NCBI GenBank assembly: GCA_963736875.1
Contig: CAVTQH010000004.1
Coordinates: 187,899-251,898 of the forward strand
Source of the DNA: Candidatus Amesbacteria bacterium
GTDB taxonomy: Bacteria > Patescibacteriota > Microgenomatia > CAZETR01 > Amesbacteraceae
DNA: 64,000 bases
Direction of reading: 5' to 3'
The position numbers were made by a program, and so were the translations under genes. Each line of letters opens with the position of its first letter. Positions within the stretch are counted from its first letter, which is position 1. Shown in pieces: positions 61,752-64,000 of the stretch. The notes beneath the pieces are model-generated. The model was not told the origin of the DNA. It was given only the letters and a program-made list of their open reading frames with translations, and did not search any database.

Positions 61752-62291
61752 ATGGAAGAATCTCTTGAATACTCCTCACCGCTGACATGGGAGTCTTTTT
61801 ACAGACCGGTGTCGGCTGCTGTGGAACGACAATTGTTTCCGGATGCTGTCAATCGTCTAGCCCCTACGTTTTTACAGATTTCCAAATTAGCTTCCCTGCC
61901 GACACCGGAGCAATTGGGATTTACCTGGACCGGCGACCTGTCCCCGTCTCAAAACCAGGCTTTTGCCGCACTATGGAACCTCAAAAACCATCACCCCGGC
62001 GAATACTGGGCAGGTCTTCGCCAGTACTCTACCGAACAGCGGTTTATTACCCAGTTCACTCCGAATTCGTTAGCCGACAGCTACCTTATTAATATTACTA
62101 AGGAAAGCCGGAGAGCTTGTACAGGACTTTTCTTGAACCGGTTACGGTACCGGAATTTCAGTCCGAATTACAGCGAAATATTAACAAAAGATCCCAAATT
62201 TACCAATCTTAAACCAAATCAAAAAATCCTTCTGACTTATATCGCCACCGCCACCATCGCCCGCAAATCCACTTTCACCCGCCACATTTAA
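61752..62291 (+). CDS. Hypothetical protein (179 aa)
   Basis: ORF only. One of few plus-strand genes in this stretch. Confidence 0.4.
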   Translation: MEESLEYSSPLTWESFYRPVSAAVERQLFPDAVNRLAPTFLQISKLASLPTPEQLGFTWTGDLSPSQNQAFAALWNLKNHHPGEYWAGLRQYSTEQRFITQFTPNSLADSYLINITKESRRACTGLFLNRLRYRNFSPNYSEILTKDPKFTNLKPNQKILLTYIATATIARKSTFTRHI

Positions 62292-62689
62292 TCTTCCCCC
62301 CGCCGGTTACTCATTTTGCCACCATCCTCCTCATCCAATATTTGCCATAGACAGGACATCGCCTGAAGTCGCAATCCCGAATAATTCTCCGGAGGCTTTA
62401 CTCCCCTCTCATTGGCGCTATCAATTATTTCCTGCCACCTCTTTTCTATCCTTTGTTGAAAATTGGTTTTCGGCGTATTGTATCCTGAAATGCGCCTCAT
62501 CCAGTCGGTAAATATCAAAGCATATGAGATAGCCCCCATAGGAGGTGCTCTCCCCGATTTCTGCTTCCACCTCCTCAATCTTCCCAGGACTCTGGTTAAA
62601 TCACCATTTCTCATAAACGTAGCCGCCGGACCTTTAAGTTGTTTCTTGACCTTCACCATCGCCTCTCCGAAACTGCATTTCTCACTCAT
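62288..62689 (-). CDS. Hypothetical protein (133 aa)
   Basis: ORF only. Confidence 0.35.
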   Translation of the reverse strand: MSEKCSFGEAMVKVKKQLKGPAATFMRNGDLTRVLGRLRRWKQKSGRAPPMGAISYALIFTDWMRRISGYNTPKTNFQQRIEKRWQEIIDSANERGVKPPENYSGLRLQAMSCLWQILDEEDGGKMSNRRGED

Positions 62690-62707
62690 CCCGCCAGTTT
62701 TACCATA

Positions 62708-63140
62708 CTATTTCTTTCCCGTCGACCCGAATCCGCCCCGGCTCTTTCCTCCCATTGATTCTACTTCCACCCAATCGGCTTTTTCCCTGGGTAATACAAG
62801 CATTTGAGCTATCCGTGTTCCCTTCTCCACTTCGACTTTCTTTTTTGTAAAATTCCATACTGCCAGTTTCCACTCATCCTTATCTCCGCAATAATCCGGA
62901 TCAATAATCCCGACTCCGTTCACCGGCATTAATCCCATTTTATGAGTCGAGCTTCGGACCGCCAAAATTCCCACATATCCGTCAGGAATTTTCATCACGA
63001 TATTTAATGGTATATAAGCCACCTCTACCCGGCAAAACCACGGTATTTTTCCTGGTATATAAATCCGCCGAAGTCGCTTCGGGCGTCATGTATTCAGGTA
63101 AAGGCAGACCCTTATCAATTCTTTTAATTCTGATTCTCAT
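62708..63140 (-). CDS. dut: dUTP diphosphatase, apparent frameshift near 63025-63035 separating the N-terminal ~35 codons
   Basis: Motifs …AVRSS…, …GIIDPDY…, C-terminal …GGFGSTG. The upstream frame encodes MRIRIKRIDKGLPLPEYMTPEATSADLYTRKNTVVLPG (dUTPase motifs 1-2). Confidence 0.75.
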
Positions 63141-63754
63141 CTTTTCTTCATCGCCAGAGCCAGTTTAACCACGGTCCAGATCCGGCCGGCAACGGTCAGT
63201 ATCGGCGCATCCCCGCCCACTCTGATCCATCCGTAGCGGTCAGCCATAGCCAGATATGTCTTCCGCGCCCGGTACCATTCATCCTCGTTAGTGTTGTAAA
63301 TATGTCCTTCGCCGGTCCGCAAATCCAGCCTTCTCGGTCCGTCGATTAATATCGCCACATCCGGTTCGCTGAATCCTTTATTTAACTCTTCCATTTTCTC
63401 CAAACCCAGTCCCCGGGTTACTCCCCAAACAATTCCAGTACCTTTATAATCCTCCGCCAGTACCGTTACTCCCGATGAGAGCCAAGCTCTCAGGGTCGGT
63501 TCAAATTCCTGCCGGTTTTGGGCAAACAGCTGTTGCATTTCTTCTTCCGGCAATCCCTTCTCCTTCCGCCACAAAATCTTTTTCAGTTTTTCCCCCGAGT
63601 CACCCAGATCATAAATCGGATATTCCACCCGCCGGTACGCCACCCCTTCATGGTTCAGCCTCTCTTCCAAAAGTTCCAGTTGTTTGGTTTTACCCACCCC
63701 GCTGGGTCCGTACAGTACAATAAAAAGTCCTTTGCCCAATGCCATACTCCCCAA
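63137..63754 (-). CDS. tmk: Thymidylate-kinase-like P-loop nucleotide kinase
   Basis: P-loop …LYGPSGVGKT…, and a lid/NMP-binding layout comparable to dTMP kinase. Overlaps the dut start (ATGA). Confidence 0.55.
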   Translation of the reverse strand: MGSMALGKGLFIVLYGPSGVGKTKQLELLEERLNHEGVAYRRVEYPIYDLGDSGEKLKKILWRKEKGLPEEEMQQLFAQNRQEFEPTLRAWLSSGVTVLAEDYKGTGIVWGVTRGLGLEKMEELNKGFSEPDVAILIDGPRRLDLRTGEGHIYNTNEDEWYRARKTYLAMADRYGWIRVGGDAPILTVAGRIWTVVKLALAMKKR

Positions 63755-63897
63755 AGTTTATCACAATCCCAATTTATTAAAAAATTACCGTCAGTCCGAT
63801 GGCAATCAGTCCCAATCCCGCCACCCATTTCAAAGCTTCCCTCCACCCGCTTTTTTCTTTCGCTCCGGTTTCAACACTCATCAGGATATTTTACCAC

Positions 63898-64000
63898 TAG
63901 TCTCCCGCCACAAATACTTTCTCCGGTCCCGGCTCTTCTTTTTTCGGGTTCATCCTCACCAATCCGGCAACTGCTTTAACCGTTTGTGCCATCTTTTCCA
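63898..64000 (-). CDS. 3' end of an unidentified minus-strand gene running off the window (…KMAQTVKAVAGLVRMNPKKEEPGPEKVFVAGD*)
   Basis: Open frame to the window edge. Confidence 0.2.

Noticed and set aside
63655-63846. 63-aa minus-strand ORF overlapping the tmk-like gene start
   Set aside because: It overlaps a better-supported gene in another frame and has a Trp/Gly-rich odd composition.

Overview
This window is gene-dense and mostly encodes housekeeping genes on the minus strand. It looks like a small-genome bacterium, and the gene content resembles Patescibacteria/CPR (Microgenomates-like); this is inference from short EF-Ts (148 aa), a family-39 glycosyltransferase, LytR_C-only proteins, weak Shine-Dalgarno usage and a single Xer recombinase. 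The standard code is in use (TGA, TAA and TAG all act as stops). No rRNA and no CRISPR array are present. One tRNA-Leu(CAA) is present. Recognisable genes include a Xer-family recombinase, yebC, a Kef-type antiporter, an RluA-family pseudouridine synthase, dnaB, hisS, prfA (RF1), rpmE, HtrA, a C-terminal processing (S41) peptidase, the rpsF-ssb-rpsR operon, ychF, a two-domain cdd, rarA, copZ, cysS, dnaX-ybaB-recR, ybeY, rpsU, tgt, queA, rseP, frr, tsf, rpsB, folD, glyA, dut and a tmk-like kinase. The main accessory feature is a ~5.4 kb islet (about 27.75-33.30 kb) bracketed by ~122-124 bp imperfect direct repeats. The repeats duplicate the crp 3' end and the GT39 5' end. The islet carries three secreted modular carbohydrate-active-like proteins: a PT-linker/FN3/DNRLRE-like protein, an SGNH-like hydrolase with a dockerin, and a beta-helix-CBM-dockerin protein. 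The two dockerin modules are ~95% identical at DNA level. A second accessory patch (35.7-39 kb) holds a frameshifted response regulator (RR), an intact RR, a PAS histidine kinase (HK), and a Doc/Fic toxin with an atypical overlapping upstream ORF. At least 12 genes are split into two overlapping ORFs by 1-nt indels, several at short homopolymers. Essential genes such as rpsB, rseP, tgt, queA, folD and dut are affected, so I read this as systematic indel error in the assembly rather than pseudogenisation. Hand-derived coordinates may be off by 1 nt in places; ORF-track coordinates were used where possible.
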